Source: an uncultured Methylomirabilota bacterium
Lineage (GTDB): Bacteria; Methylomirabilota; Methylomirabilia; Methylomirabilales; 2-02-FULL-66-22
Direction of reading: 5' to 3'
DNA length: 64,000 nucleotides
NCBI GenBank assembly: GCA_963845565.1
Contig: CAWJSJ010000002.1
Coordinates: 1,600,001 to 1,664,000 of the forward strand
Positions 9,740 to 22,400 of the stretch are shown in pieces (the stretch's first letter is position 1; every line of letters begins with the position of its first letter). The position numbers and the translations under genes are program-made. The notes beneath the pieces are model-generated. The model worked only from the letters and a program-made list of their open reading frames with translations, made no database searches and had not been told where the DNA came from.

Positions 9740-11011
9740 CTAGATGAATTTTCGTACTGCCCGCTTCTTCCATATCATCGGCAGGATGAGGTTCAGGACA
9801 TCGTCCACGGTGATGATCCCGAGCAACTCACCCTCGCCGCCCACCACCGGCAGGGCCAACAGGTTGTACTTGGTCTGAAGCTCCGCGACCTCGCGCAGTG
9901 CGGTGTCCGGTCGGACGCTGACCACCTCGGCGTGCATGAGCTGCTCCAGGCGCTGGCCCGGATCGGCCAAGATCAGCTCGCGAAGGCTGAACACGCCCAG
10001 CAAGCGTTCCTGATGGTCCGTCACGTACAGGTAGTAGATGGTCTCGGCGTCCTTGGCCTCCTCGCGGATCCGCTTGATCGCCTCACCCGCCGTGAGCGCC
10101 GGGCGGAAGGCCACGTGTTCTGTGGTCATCAGGCCGCCGGCGGTGTCCTCCTCGTGTTCGAGGAGCTCCTCGACCTCCTGGGCCTCGGCCGGTTCCATGG
10201 TCTCGAGCAGCTCCTCGGCCTTGGCCTCTGGCAGGTCGCTCAGGATGTCCGCCGCCTCGTCCGGCTCCATCTCCTCCAGGATGTCCGCCGCCTTTTCCGG
10301 CTCCATCATCTGGACCATGGAGGCCTGGACCTCGGGCTGGGCCTCGGTGATGGTCTCGGCCGCGGTGGCTTCGTCCAGCGTCGCCAGCACGGCGGCTCGC
10401 TCGCCGGGCGTCAGCTCTTCCATGATGTCGGCGATGTCGGCGGGGTGAAGCTTGGCCAGCTTGGTGTACACCGCGTGCCGCTTGGCCCGGCTGAGCTCGG
10501 TCTCGATCGGGTCCACCACCTCCCAGGGGACCACGTCGTGGGGGAGGGGCTTCCCGAACAGGCCGGCCAACCGTTCGGCGAATCCCTCGGAGCGGAGGTG
10601 CCGCAGGATGCCCCGCAGACCCCCTTCGATCCCCGTGACCTGGAGGCCGCCCTCGAATTCGGCGAGCTCGATGTCGTTGACCCGGACCACCTTCTTTCGC
10701 GCCGTGTCCACGACCTTCTTGTCCAGGACGGTCTTTCCCAGGGGAACCTCCTCGGCCCGGAGTGCCACGGGGCTGAGGCCTGCGAGGGGATTCCGCAACC
10801 GGACGGGCCGGTCGGTGGTCTCGGGCACCTCGGCGACGCTGGCCCAGGGGAGAATCCACTCGTCGCGATCCGGCCGGCGGAGGCTGAATTTGGTCACCTG
10901 CGGCCGGGTCCCGAGCGGGAGGACAAAGAGATCCTCGAGGCGCCCGATCTCGGTCCCCTCGGAATCGTGGACGGGGCGGTGCCGGAGCTGGGTGAAGGAC
11001 AGGGAAGGCAT
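9740..11011 (-). CDS. Soluble MgtE-like protein: PRC barrels, MgtE N-domain and CBS pair, no membrane domain
   Basis: LAKLHPADIADIMEEL, EDTAGGLMT, IYYLYVTD, LLGIITVDDVL. Confidence 0.85.
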   Translation of the reverse strand: MPSLSFTQLRHRPVHDSEGTEIGRLEDLFVLPLGTRPQVTKFSLRRPDRDEWILPWASVAEVPETTDRPVRLRNPLAGLSPVALRAEEVPLGKTVLDKKVVDTARKKVVRVNDIELAEFEGGLQVTGIEGGLRGILRHLRSEGFAERLAGLFGKPLPHDVVPWEVVDPIETELSRAKRHAVYTKLAKLHPADIADIMEELTPGERAAVLATLDEATAAETITEAQPEVQASMVQMMEPEKAADILEEMEPDEAADILSDLPEAKAEELLETMEPAEAQEVEELLEHEEDTAGGLMTTEHVAFRPALTAGEAIKRIREEAKDAETIYYLYVTDHQERLLGVFSLRELILADPGQRLEQLMHAEVVSVRPDTALREVAELQTKYNLLALPVVGGEGELLGIITVDDVLNLILPMIWKKRAVRKFI

Positions 11012-11022
11012 GGCGGTCCGAT

Positions 11023-11661
11023 CTATGCGTCCGGTGGTTGAGAGGCGTGACGGTCGGTGGACTGAATCTCGTCCCAGGAGACTCGCAGGCGAATCCAGCC
11101 GCGGGCCGGCTCGACCCGGTCCACACACTCCCACCGGATCACGTGGTGGTGGAGCCGCGTGTGCAGCGGCCGCAGCAGAGCCAAGAGGCCCCAGTGAAAA
11201 CCGAGGCGGGTCAGGAATCCGCGGATGCCGGTGTCCATCCCCCAGAGGCACAGCGTCCCGTCGGAGAACGCCATGGTGATGTCGTTCACCCGCTGGAGTT
11301 TGGACCCGCGGCAATCCACGATCTGCTGGTCCAGGATGTGTTTGTGGAGCAGGACCTCGGTACCGCCCAGGGTGGCCGGGCCAAGATCCTGGCTGGTCTG
11401 CCGCAGGCGGATGGAACGGGGCTCCAGCGAGGCGACCAGCGCCCAGGGGACGACAAGTGGCTTCCCGGTACCATTGGCCGGAACCTGTCGTCCGAATCGG
11501 TGGGGCCGGACGACCAAATGCCGAACGCAGGCGTGTTCTGGGGTGGGGTTGACCGGGTCGGTGGACAGATCCAGCAGGGCGCCGATCGGAAAGCCGTCGC
11601 AATCCACCACTGGCTTGTGGAGAAGATCTCGATAGAAACTGACGTCGCGGCGGCTGGCCAT
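11023..11661 (-). CDS. Tandem PRC-barrel protein
   Basis: VVDCDGFPIGALLDL and ILDQQIVDCRGSKLQRVNDI parallel the N-terminus of the downstream gene. Confidence 0.75.
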   Translation of the reverse strand: MASRRDVSFYRDLLHKPVVDCDGFPIGALLDLSTDPVNPTPEHACVRHLVVRPHRFGRQVPANGTGKPLVVPWALVASLEPRSIRLRQTSQDLGPATLGGTEVLLHKHILDQQIVDCRGSKLQRVNDITMAFSDGTLCLWGMDTGIRGFLTRLGFHWGLLALLRPLHTRLHHHVIRWECVDRVEPARGWIRLRVSWDEIQSTDRHASQPPDA

Positions 11662-11748
11662 GCCGTTGACAACCCTTCCGATGCATCGGCCCCGGGAAAC
11701 GTGCCCAGGGCAGGCGATTTTACATGCCGGGATCACCCATGCGATTAG

Positions 11749-11848
11749 GAGCCGTTACGAAATACCTTGTCCATTTTTTGGAATTTCGTTACGGCTCCTT
11801 ATGCCGTTTCGAAATTTCTCCGGTCAAATTATTCTTTGGCAACGGCTC
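11749..11848. repeat. Family-B double-hairpin repeat
   Basis: GAGCCGTTACGAAAT...ATTTCGTTACGGCTC-CTTATGCCGTTTCG...GGCAACGGCTC. Confidence 0.75.
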
Positions 11849-12187
11849 AGGAAGGCGAGATGCCCTCCGATTGGTCCCTTGTACCGCCCCACTTCAGACC
11901 TGTCAACCCCCATTCTGGCCGTTTCCGGCCCGATGCGAGAATTCTCTCGGGCCCCGTGGCCTGAAAGCTGGCGCACTGAGATCCAACAAGGCGTCACCAC
12001 TGTTCACGAGAATCCGAGCGTACGACTGAAGCACAGAAGGTGTCGGAAACTTTCATCGCAAGGTCGGGACCGTCCGTCGAGTTTACACCTCCTGTTTTTA
12101 CGACGCGCCTAACGCGCAACGAATCATCAAGATTGCGTTCCACGTCAGTAGATGGGCGCGAAGGCGTCTCGGGTCGTCAGAGACGGC

Positions 12188-12203
12188 GTCGGGTTTTCTT
12201 ACA
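12188..12203. promoter_or_regulatory. Candidate enhancer box upstream of the PEP-CTERM gene
   Basis: GTCGGGTTTTCTTACA resembles the ...TTACA enhancer motif reported before PEP-CTERM genes. Confidence 0.35.
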
Positions 12204-12451
12204 TTTCTGGAATCATACGGAAACCAGGCCTCGTGCGCTGCGCATCGAGAAAATCCAGATAACACGTATAGTTGCATCACGCCAGAAGCGTCCCTGAACG
12301 CTATCGCATGAAATATGCATAACGAATGGTTGATTTCTCGTCAACGGACGACAGATGGTGGAGCGTTCGTAACTATAGGTCTTTGAGGTTATCAAGAAGA
12401 TTGGGGAACCGAAAAAAGGCATGGACGGATAGCCGCGAAGAGGAGAACGCC

Positions 12452-13093
12452 ATGAGACGGGCCCTGACGGCGGCCATGTTCGTGTCGTTGATGCTGGCTA
12501 TTGCGGCGCCTTGGGCGGAAGCGCTCTTCTCATGCGAACCGTATATTGCAATCAACTTTGTGCCCTCGTCGCAGACTGTTAACGTCGGCGACCCCCTCAG
12601 CGTTGCACTGCAGATATCCGGATTATCATCTCGACTATGGGGGACCGGCGCCCCATCACTCGGCGGGTTTGACCTCGACGTCACGTTCGACCCAAGCATC
12701 TTGAAGTTGAGCAATGTTGTATTCGGCGACCCCAAACGTGGAGATCAACTCGATCTCTTCGGGTTGGGGAGTATCAAGCTTACCGATCTCGGCGTTGGCA
12801 CCGTGAACCTCTTCGAGCTCTCCGTGAACTCGGCGTCAGTTCTGAATTGGCTTCAGGCCCCAAAGTTCACATTGGCCACGCTCTACTTCGATCCCATCTC
12901 GGTTGGATACAGCCCGCTTGAGTTCTCCGATTTTCTATTCGCCGACGCCCAAGGCTCGAAACTCGTCCCCGACCATGTGGGCCACGGGTCTGTCAATGTC
13001 GCCCCCGTCCCCGAGCCCGCCACGCTCCTGTTGCTCTCATCCGGACTCGCGGGATTAGGCCTCGCGGCCTGGAAGCGTCGTCGCCAGGGCTGA
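12452..13093 (+). CDS. PEP-CTERM-sorted cohesin-like domain protein
   Basis: Signal peptide; cohesin-like pattern VNVGDPLSVALQIS..LGGFDLDVTFDPSILKL..TLATLYF; C-terminus VPEPATLLLLSSGLAGLGLAAWKRRRQG. Confidence 0.85.
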   Translation: MRRALTAAMFVSLMLAIAAPWAEALFSCEPYIAINFVPSSQTVNVGDPLSVALQISGLSSRLWGTGAPSLGGFDLDVTFDPSILKLSNVVFGDPKRGDQLDLFGLGSIKLTDLGVGTVNLFELSVNSASVLNWLQAPKFTLATLYFDPISVGYSPLEFSDFLFADAQGSKLVPDHVGHGSVNVAPVPEPATLLLLSSGLAGLGLAAWKRRRQG

Positions 13094-13487
13094 GGCCCTG
13101 GTTTTTCGTACCCCAAGGGAATGATCGAAACTGCCGGTTCCGCCGCCCAGCGTTCGTGCTGCTGCACGGCAGGCGGGAATGGGGTGCGTGTGTGTCTTCG
13201 CGGTGTTCGTGCCGCGTGGCGCAAGCCCTTGAAGACAGCTGGCGGCTGGTAGGGCGAGTTTTTTCTTCTTCACGCAGTTCCTCGGAAGGTCCTTCCCCTC
13301 ACCATTACTCCCATTCCACGGACCGTTTTCCGATCGGCGCACACCCCTTTGGGCTAGGGCAATCTCATACACGTCGCCACGTGGGTGCCTTGTTCTCCAG
13401 GCTCGTCAGGAATAGGTGTGGCATGAACGGATGAAGCCTGTCGACCATTTCATCATTGGCCGAACAGCGTTGTAAGGGGAGACGGCA

Positions 13488-16400
13488 ATGGATACCACCG
13501 GGAAATTCAGCTTGCGCGTCATTCTCTTGGTCATGCTACTGGGGCTGTTCGGTCAAGCTGCCCACGCGGCGGTCGTCTGCGACGTCAATAACGACGGCGT
13601 CATCAACCTCACCGACATCAATCTTATCATCGCGGCTCGCAATAAGCCCGCAACGGGTCCGAACGATCCGCGCGATGCCGATCACGATGGGACAATCACG
13701 GTGCTGGACGCCCGTATCTGCGTGACCAGGTGCACCCTCCCCGGGTGCGCCGTCAGTGGGAATAGCCCGCCAACAGCAAATGCGGGCCCGGACCAGACGG
13801 TCGCATTGGGAGCGACCGTTACCCTGAACGGCTCCGGTTCGAGCGACCCGGATGGCAACTCGCTGGTCTATTCGTGGTCCTTCGTTTCCACGCCTGCCGG
13901 GAGCTCCACCTCGCTCCAGAACCCCACTTCAATCAACCCCCGCTTTGTCGTTGACGTTGCCGGCCCGTATGTTGTGCGACTCATCGTCAATGATGGAACT
14001 GTCGACAGCGCGCCCGATGATGTCCAGATCTCGACGATCAACTCGCGGCCGATCGCGAACGCCGGACCACATCAGACCGTGTTCGTCGAGACGACCGTGA
14101 CCTTGGACGGCTCGGGTTCGAGTGATCCCGACGGCGACCCACTCACGTTCACATGGTCGCTGGACAGCCTGCCGCTGGAGAGTACGACGACACTTCAGAA
14201 TATCCACAGCGTCAACCCGACGTTCGTTGCCGATACGCCGGGCACGTATATCGCCCAACTGATCGTCAACGACGGCAAGGTCGATAGTGCCCCGGCAACG
14301 GTCACCATTGATACGCAGAACTCTGCCCCGGTCGCCAATGCCGGGCCGAACCAGACGGTCGCGGTGGGCGCGACCGTGCAATTGAACGGCGCGAACTCCA
14401 CGGACGTCGACGGCGACCCGCTCACCTACAAGTGGTCGCTCACCACCAAGCCGACCGGAAGCACGGCGGCGCTGTCGGCGACCAGCATCGTCAACCCGAC
14501 GTTCGTTGCCGATACGCCGGGCACGTATATCGCCCAACTGATCGTCAACGACGGCAAGGTCGATAGTGCCCCGGCAACGGTCACCACCACGACACTCAAC
14601 ACCCCGCCGGTCGCCAATGCCGGGCCGAACCAGACGGTCGCGGTGGGCGCGACCGTGCAATTGAACGGCGCGAACTCCACGGACGTCGACGGCGACCCGC
14701 TCACCTACAAGTGGTCGCTCACCACCAAGCCGACCGGAAGCACGGCGGCGCTGTCGGCGACCAGCATCGTCAACCCGACGTTCGTTGCCGATACGCCGGG
14801 CACGTATATCGCCCAACTGATCGTCAACGACGGCAAGGTCGATAGTGCCCCGGCAACGGTCACCACCACGACACTCAACACCCCGCCGGTCGCCAATGCC
14901 GGGCCGAACCAGACGGTCTTCACGGGTAACATAGTCCAACTCAACGCCAGCGCCTCCGCCGATGCGGATGGCAATCCGCTGACCTACCAGTGGTCCTTCG
15001 CCAGCGCGCCAACAGGCAGCACGGCTATCCTGTCCAATCCGACCACGATCAGCCCGACCTTCACGGCCGACGTCTTCGGTACATACGTTGTCCAGTTGAT
15101 TGTGAACGACGGGTTCGTCAATAGCGCCCCCGTGACGGTCACGATCTCCACCCAGAACTCCGCCCCCGTCGCGAACGCAGGACCAAACCAGACGGTCGCA
15201 GCCGGCGGCACCGTCCAACTTGACGGCAGTGCCTCCTCGGACGTGGATGGCAACGCACTCCGCTTCAGATGGTCTCTACTCAGCACGCCGGCTGGAAGTT
15301 CGGCCACGCTGTCTGCGACCAATCTCGTCAACCCAACCTTTGTCACCGATCTAACTGGAACCTACGTCGCGCAACTGATCGTCAACGACGGGTTTGTCGA
15401 AAGCATCCCGGCGACCGTGACGGTTACGGTGACGGCGGGCACGCCGCCCCTGGCCGCCACGCTAGTGAGTCCGAACGGGACCGTGAGTACGGCCACCCCG
15501 ACCTACACCTGGAACGCCGTATCCGGCGCCACCTGGTATGAACTCTGGGTGACCGACAGCGCCCAGGCGGGGAAGGTCAAGCAGTGGGTGACCGCCGCCC
15601 AGGCGGGGTGCGCGGCCGGCACAGGGGCCTGCAGTTATACGCCCAGCACGGCCCTCGCGACCGGCGCGGCGACGTGGTGGATCCAGACGTGGAACAGTCT
15701 GGGCTACGGGCCGTGGAGTACCGGGATGGCCTTCACGGTGACGGCGGGCACGCCGCCCCTGGCCGCCACGCTAGTGAGTCCGAACGGGGCCGTGAGTACG
15801 GCCACCCCGACCTACACCTGGAACGCCGTATCCGGCGCCACCTGGTATGAACTCTGGGTGACCGACAGCGCCCAGGCGGGGAAGGTCAAGCAGTGGGTGA
15901 CCGCCGCCCAGGCGGGGTGCGCGGCCGGCACAGGGGCCTGCAGTTATACGCCCAGCACGGCCCTCGCGACCGGCGCGGCGACGTGGTGGATCCAGACGTG
16001 GAACAGTCTGGGCTACGGGCCGTGGAGTACCGGGATGGCCTTCACGGTGACGGCGGGCGCCCCCGTTATCACCCTCGTGAATCCCAACACCGGTCCGCAG
16101 GGCGCGACCAACCTCAACGTGGCCGTCACCGGCCAGAACACCAACTGGGTCCAGAATACCACCACGGCGAGCGTCGGCGCCGGGATCACGGTGAACAGCG
16201 TCACGGTGGCTAGCGTCACCAGCCTGACGGCCAACCTCACCATCGCGGCCGACGCGGCGACGGGTGCCCGCAGTCTCACCGTCACCACCAACGCCGAAAT
16301 CGTCACCCTGGCCAACGCCTTCACGGTGACGGCGGGGCCATCCGACCTCACAATCACCAAGACCCACACCGGCACCTTTTCCCAAGGCCAGGACGGAGCG

Positions 16401-19400
16401 ACATACAGCATCACGGTGAGCAACATCGGCCCCGGCCCCACGGCTGGAACCGTGACGGTGACCGAGACCGTGCCGACCGGTTTGACCGCGACGGGCATCG
16501 CGGGCACCGGCTGGACCTGTGCGCAGCCGGCGGGCCCCTGCACCCGAAGCGACCTCCTGGCCAGTGGCGGCAACTATCCCCCGATCAATCTGACGGTGAA
16601 TGTGGCCAATAGTGCGCCGGCCAGCGTGACCAACACGGCGACGGTGGCGGGAGGCGGGGAACTCAACACTGCCAACAACGCGGCGAGTGATGTGACGACG
16701 ATCGGAAGCGGGCCCGATCTCACGATCGCAAAGACCCACACTGGGAACTTCACGCAGGGCCAGACTGGGGCAACTTACGCCATCACCGTGAGAAACGTCG
16801 GCGCAGGTCCGACCGCCGGAACCGTGACGGTGACCGACACACTCCCGACCGGCCTCACGGCGACCGCCTTCGGCGCCGGCCCCACCGACGGCTGGAACTG
16901 CACCCTGACGCCGCTGTCCTGTGAGCGGAGCGGCGCCCTGGCCGCGGGGCAGAGCTATCCCGCGATCACCCTCACCGTCACCGTCGCCAGCAACGCCCCG
17001 GCCAACGAGACCAACACGGCAACCGTGGCGGGCGGCGGAGACGTGAACCCGAATAACAATACGGCCACGGACCCAACGACGATTCTTCCGGCGGCCAACC
17101 TGGCGCCCACCCTCGACCTGATCGCCGACCGGTCGATCCTCGAGGATGCCGGTCCGCAGACCGTCAACCTCACCGGCATCAGCGCGGGTCCGAACGAGAC
17201 CCAGGTTCTGACGGTGAGTGCCACTTCGAACAACCTGGCGCTGATCCCAAATCCCACGGTGACCTACACGAGTCCGAATGCCACGGGCAGCCTCGCCTTC
17301 ACCCCGGTGGCGAACGCCAGTGGGGCGGCTACGATCACGGTAACTGTCCAGGATAACGGCGGGACCGCCAACGGCGGCGTGGACACGTTCGTCCGCACCT
17401 TCACCGTGACCGTCACCGCGGTCAACGACGCCCCGACCCTCGACGCGATCGGCAACCTGAGCATCGCCGAGAACGCCGGCCCACAGACGGTCAACCTCAC
17501 CGGCATCAGGGCGGGCCCGAGGGAGACCCAGTCCTGACGGTGACCGCGACCTCGAACAACCTGGCGCTGATCCCCGATCCCACGGTGACCTACACCAGCC
17601 CGAACGCCACCGGCAGCCTCGCCTTCACCCCGGGGGCGGGGCAGAGCGGCAGGGCCACCATCACGGTGACGGTGCGACGACGGCGGCACGGCCAACGGGG
17701 GCGTGAACACCGTCACCCGCACCTTCACGGTGAGCGCGGTGCGGTCAACGATCCGCCGATCCTCGACCTGATCGCCGACCGGACGGTCATCGAGGACGCC
17801 GGCCCGCAGACGGTCACCCTCACCGGCATCAGCGCGGGCCCGAACGAGACCCAGGTTCTGACGGTGACGGCGACTTCGAACAACCTGGCGCTGATCCCGG
17901 ATCCCACGGTGACCTACACCAGTCCGAACGCCACGGGCAGCCTCGCCTTCACCCCGGTGGCGAACGCCAGTGGGGCGGCTACGATTACGGTGACTGTCCA
18001 GGATGACGGTGGCACGGCCAACGGCGGGGTGGACACGTCGTGCGGACGTTCACGGTGACGGTGACTGCGGTCAACGATCCGCCGACGCTGGATCTCGTCG
18101 GGCCCCTGACCGTCAACGAGGACGCCGGCCCGCAGACGGTGACCCTCACGGGCATCAGCGCCGGGTCCGCAACGAGAGCCAGACGCTGACCGTGACGGCG
18201 ACGTCCGAGCAACCCGGCGCTGATCCCGAACCCGACGGTGACCTACACCAGCCCGAACGCGACCGGCACCCTGACCTTCACCCCGGTGGCGAACGCCATT
18301 CGGGGCGGCGACGATCACGGTGACGGTCACCGATGACGGCGGAACGGCCAACGGCGGCGTGAACACGGTCGTCCGCACCTTCACGGTGACGGTGACGGCG
18401 GTCAACGACGCCGCCGACGCTGGATGCGATCGGCAACCTGAGCATCGCCGAGAATGCCGGCCCGCAGACGGTCAACCTCACCGGCATCAGCGCGGGCCCG
18501 AACGAGACCCAGGTCGCTGACCGTGACCGCGACCTCGAACAACCTGGCGCTGATCCCCAACCCCACCGTGACCTACACCAGCCCGAACGCGACCGGCAGC
18601 CTCACCTTCACCCCGGTGGCGGGCCAGAGCGGTAGTGCCACCGTGACGGTGACCGTGCAGGATAATGGCGGCACGGCCAACGGGGGCGTGAACACTGTCA
18701 CCCGGACGTTCACGGTGACGGTGACGGCGCTGCCCGTCGTCACGATCACCGCCACGGACGCCAACGCCGCGGAGACCAATTTGGATCCGGGGGTGTTCAC
18801 GGTGAGTCGAACTGGCTCGACGACGAGCGCTCTTACCGTAAGCTACACGATCGGGGGCATGGCGACTAACAGCACCGACTATCAGAACCTGACAGGGACC
18901 GTTACCATCGCTGCCGGACAGGCTTCCAATACCATCACGATCACGCCAATCGACGACAGCGTCTTCGAAGGTCCGGAAACCGCCATTCTCACCCTTGCCG
19001 CGAACGCGGCGTACACTATTGGCGCACCGAGTGCTGCGACCGTGACGATCGCAGACAACGATACGCTGGGGACCATCACGTTGCCGACCCTGCCAACCGA
19101 CGTCGGGGCGGGGCTCCAGCGCGGTGCCTTCACGGGGGACCTGGGCGCGCCGGCCCCAACTGGAGGGGTGACCGTCCGAATCCAGAGCAGTAACGCCGCC
19201 GTGGTCCTGGTTTCACCCAACGCCACCACCGCGGGCACGGCCTTCATCGACATCGCGAGGACCGCAGGGCAACAGAGCTTCACCTACTACGTCCAGGGAG
19301 TGGAGGGGCAGGCGGGGAACGCCGCGACGCTCACCGCGTCGGCCACGAACTTCACGAGTGGCACCGGTGGCGTGAACGTGCGCCAGCCAGGGGTGGATAT

Positions 19401-22400
19401 CCTTGACCTGTCGGAAACCCCGACCACGCTCTCCGCCGATGACCCGTTCTACGTGCGCCTCGGTTGGGCCGAGCCAGGCGATACCACGGTGCGCAACGTC
19501 CAGGAAATCCGCGCCGGCGGGGTGCCCATCACGGCGAACCTGAGTCTCATCAACAGCAACCCGGCCGGGGTAGCCCAGCTCACGACCTTGGCCGGCTCCG
19601 CCCAGACGCGCACCGTCACCATCGCCGTCGGGTCGGCGACGTCTCCCGGCACCGTGGCTGACGGCGGTGTAGCCTTCGACGCGCTCCTTCCCGGAACCGT
19701 CCAGGTCCAGGCCACCATCCCAGGTTTCGTGACCACCGGTGTGGGGACGAGAAGTATCACGGTGACTGGCCCCGACCTGGCGATCTCCAAGGCCCACACC
19801 GGCAACTTCACTCAGGGCCAGACGGGGGCCACGTACACGATTACGGTCTCCAACAGCGGGAGTGCTGCCACGAGCGGAACAGTAACCGTGACCGATACGC
19901 TGCCGACGGGCCTGACCGCAACGGCTATCGCAGGAACGGGTTGGAGTTGTACGCTCGGCACGCTCACCTGTACCCGCAGCGACGCCTTGGCGGTCGGCGG
20001 GAGCTATCCGGCCCTCACCCTCACCGTGAATGTGGCGGCCAACGCTCCGGCCAGTGTGACGAACACGGCGACTGTTTCGGGGAACGGCGACACCAACGCG
20101 GCCAACAACACCGCCAGTGACGTGACGGCGATCACGCCAGTTGCCGACCTGACGATCACCAAGACCCACACGGGCAGCTTCACGCAGGGCCAGACTGGGG
20201 CGACGTACACGATCACCGTGGGGAACGCCGGCCCCGGCCCGACAAGCGGGACCGTGACCGTGACCGATACTCTTCCGACGGGACTCACGGCCACGAACAT
20301 CAGCGGCGGATCCGGCTGGAACTGCACCCTCGGGACCCTGACATGCACTCGTAGCGACGTTCTGCAGCCGGGTACCAATTACTCGCAGATTCTTCTAACG
20401 GTGAACGTCGCCAGCAACGCCCCGGCCAGCGTGACCAACACGTGCGACCGTGGCGGGCGGCGGGGAAGCCAACACCGCAAACAACACGGCCACGGATCCA
20501 ACAACGGTGACGCCGGTCGCCACGGCCGACCTGGCGGTGACCAAGACCGCGAGCACCCTGACCCCCTCGGTGGGGCAGAACGTCACCTTCACCGTGACCG
20601 TGACGAATAGTGGCCCCGCCAACGCCACCGGGGTTGCGGTGACGGATTTGCTCCCGTCTGGGTACACCTTCGTTGGGGTCGCCCCCAGCGTAGGGACTTA
20701 CAACAGCACCACCGGGTTCTGGAGCCTGGGGTCTCTGGCCAACGCCGCGAGCGCCACGCTCGGGCTCACCGGCACGGTCCTCGCCACGGGCACCTACATC
20801 AACACGGCCACCATCACCGCGTCGACCCCCACGGACCCGAACGCGGCGAACAACAGCGCCACCGTGACGGTAACGCCGGTCGCCCAGGCCGACCTCACGA
20901 TCTCGAAGACCCACACCGGTAACTTCACCCAGGGCCAGATCGGGGCCACCTACACGCTCGCCGTGTCCAACATCGGCTCCGGCCCGACCACCGCACCCGT
21001 GACGGTGACCGACACCGTGCCGACCGGCCTGACGGCGACCGCCCTCGCGGGCACCGGTTGGACCTGCACGCAGCCGGCGGGTCCCTGCACCCGGAGCGAC
21101 GCCCTCGCTGCCAGCGCCAGCTATCCGGCGATCACGTTGACGGTCAACGTGGCGGCCAACGCTCCGGCCAATGTAACCAACACGGCAACCGTGGCGGGCG
21201 GCGGGGACGCGACTCCCGGCAACAACACGGCGAGCAACCCGACGACGATCCTTGCGTCGTCCGCCGATATCGCCGTGACCAAGACGGTCAACAATCCCGT
21301 TCCCGTAGTCGGAACGAACGTCACGTTCACTATCACAGTCACCAACACCGGTCCGTCGAACGCCACGGGAGTGCAGATCACCGATCAGCTTCCGAACGGT
21401 TATCTGTTTGCCTCATCGACCGCGAGTCAGGGCGCGTACACCAATACCACCGGGATTTGGAGTGTCGGGAATCTGAACGCCGCACAAAGCGCATCGCTGC
21501 AGGTTGTGGCGACGGTCGTAGCCGGTGGGACGTACACGAATACAGCAACCAGGACCGCATCTTCTCCGACGGATACCAACGCCGGAAACGACGTTGCGAC
21601 GGCAACCGTCGCTCCGTCGTATCGCGGGCCCACGGCTGTCCCCGGCTCGAACCAGACCGCTAACGAGGGTGCGCAGGTTTGCTTTAACGGGAGTGGGTCA
21701 ATACCTGGCGATTGGCCGATCACGACATACTCCTGGAGCTTCGGCGACGGCGGCACCGCTTTCGGGTTAACTCCGTGCCACATCTATGCGGATAATGGCG
21801 TCTACACCGTCACCCTCACGGTGACCGACTCCATCGGGGCCATCAACAGCGCCGGACTTACGGTTACGGTCAATAATGCCGTACCGACCGTCAATGCCGG
21901 ACAAGATCGGGTGGTTGCGGTGGAGACCCCTCAACTTTAACGGCACCTTCACCGATCTCGGAACGAACGACGGCCCGTATACCGTTAGCTGGGATTTCGG
22001 CGACGGCACTGCGCCGGTCACCGGAACGCTCACCCCAACGCACGAGTTCGAGACAGGCGGCACGTACACGGTGACCTTGTCAGTCACCGACAAGGACGGC
22101 GGCGTCGGAACCGATACAGCCACAGTCAAGGTCATGAACACCGGTCCCCAGTTCTTCTTCTCCGGCCAGGCGGGCACCTACACCACGCCGCTCAACGCCG
22201 GGACCGGGACCCGGGTCCAGGGCTACGTACAGCTCGCGGCCAACCCCACCGCCCCGGTAAACGTCACCCTCACCTCGGCGAACCCGGCGGTGCTGACGCT
22301 GGCCCCCTCCAACACCACCACGGCCGGGACCGGGAGCCTCACCGTCACCATCCCGACGAATAGCAACTACGTCCTCTTCGACCTCGTCGGCGGCCCCACC

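Noticed and set aside
9740..11686. 648-aa MgtE-like ORF
   Set aside because: The first ~225 aa overlap the real PRC gene in another frame; the start was placed at 11011.
12260..12276. Sigma54 promoter for the PEP-CTERM gene
   Set aside because: It lacks the invariant GG at -24 and the spacing is off by one; mentioned only as a degenerate site.
13094..13487. Riboswitch (for example c-di-GMP) before the adhesin
   Set aside because: No recognisable conserved aptamer motif by eye; an Rfam scan would settle it.
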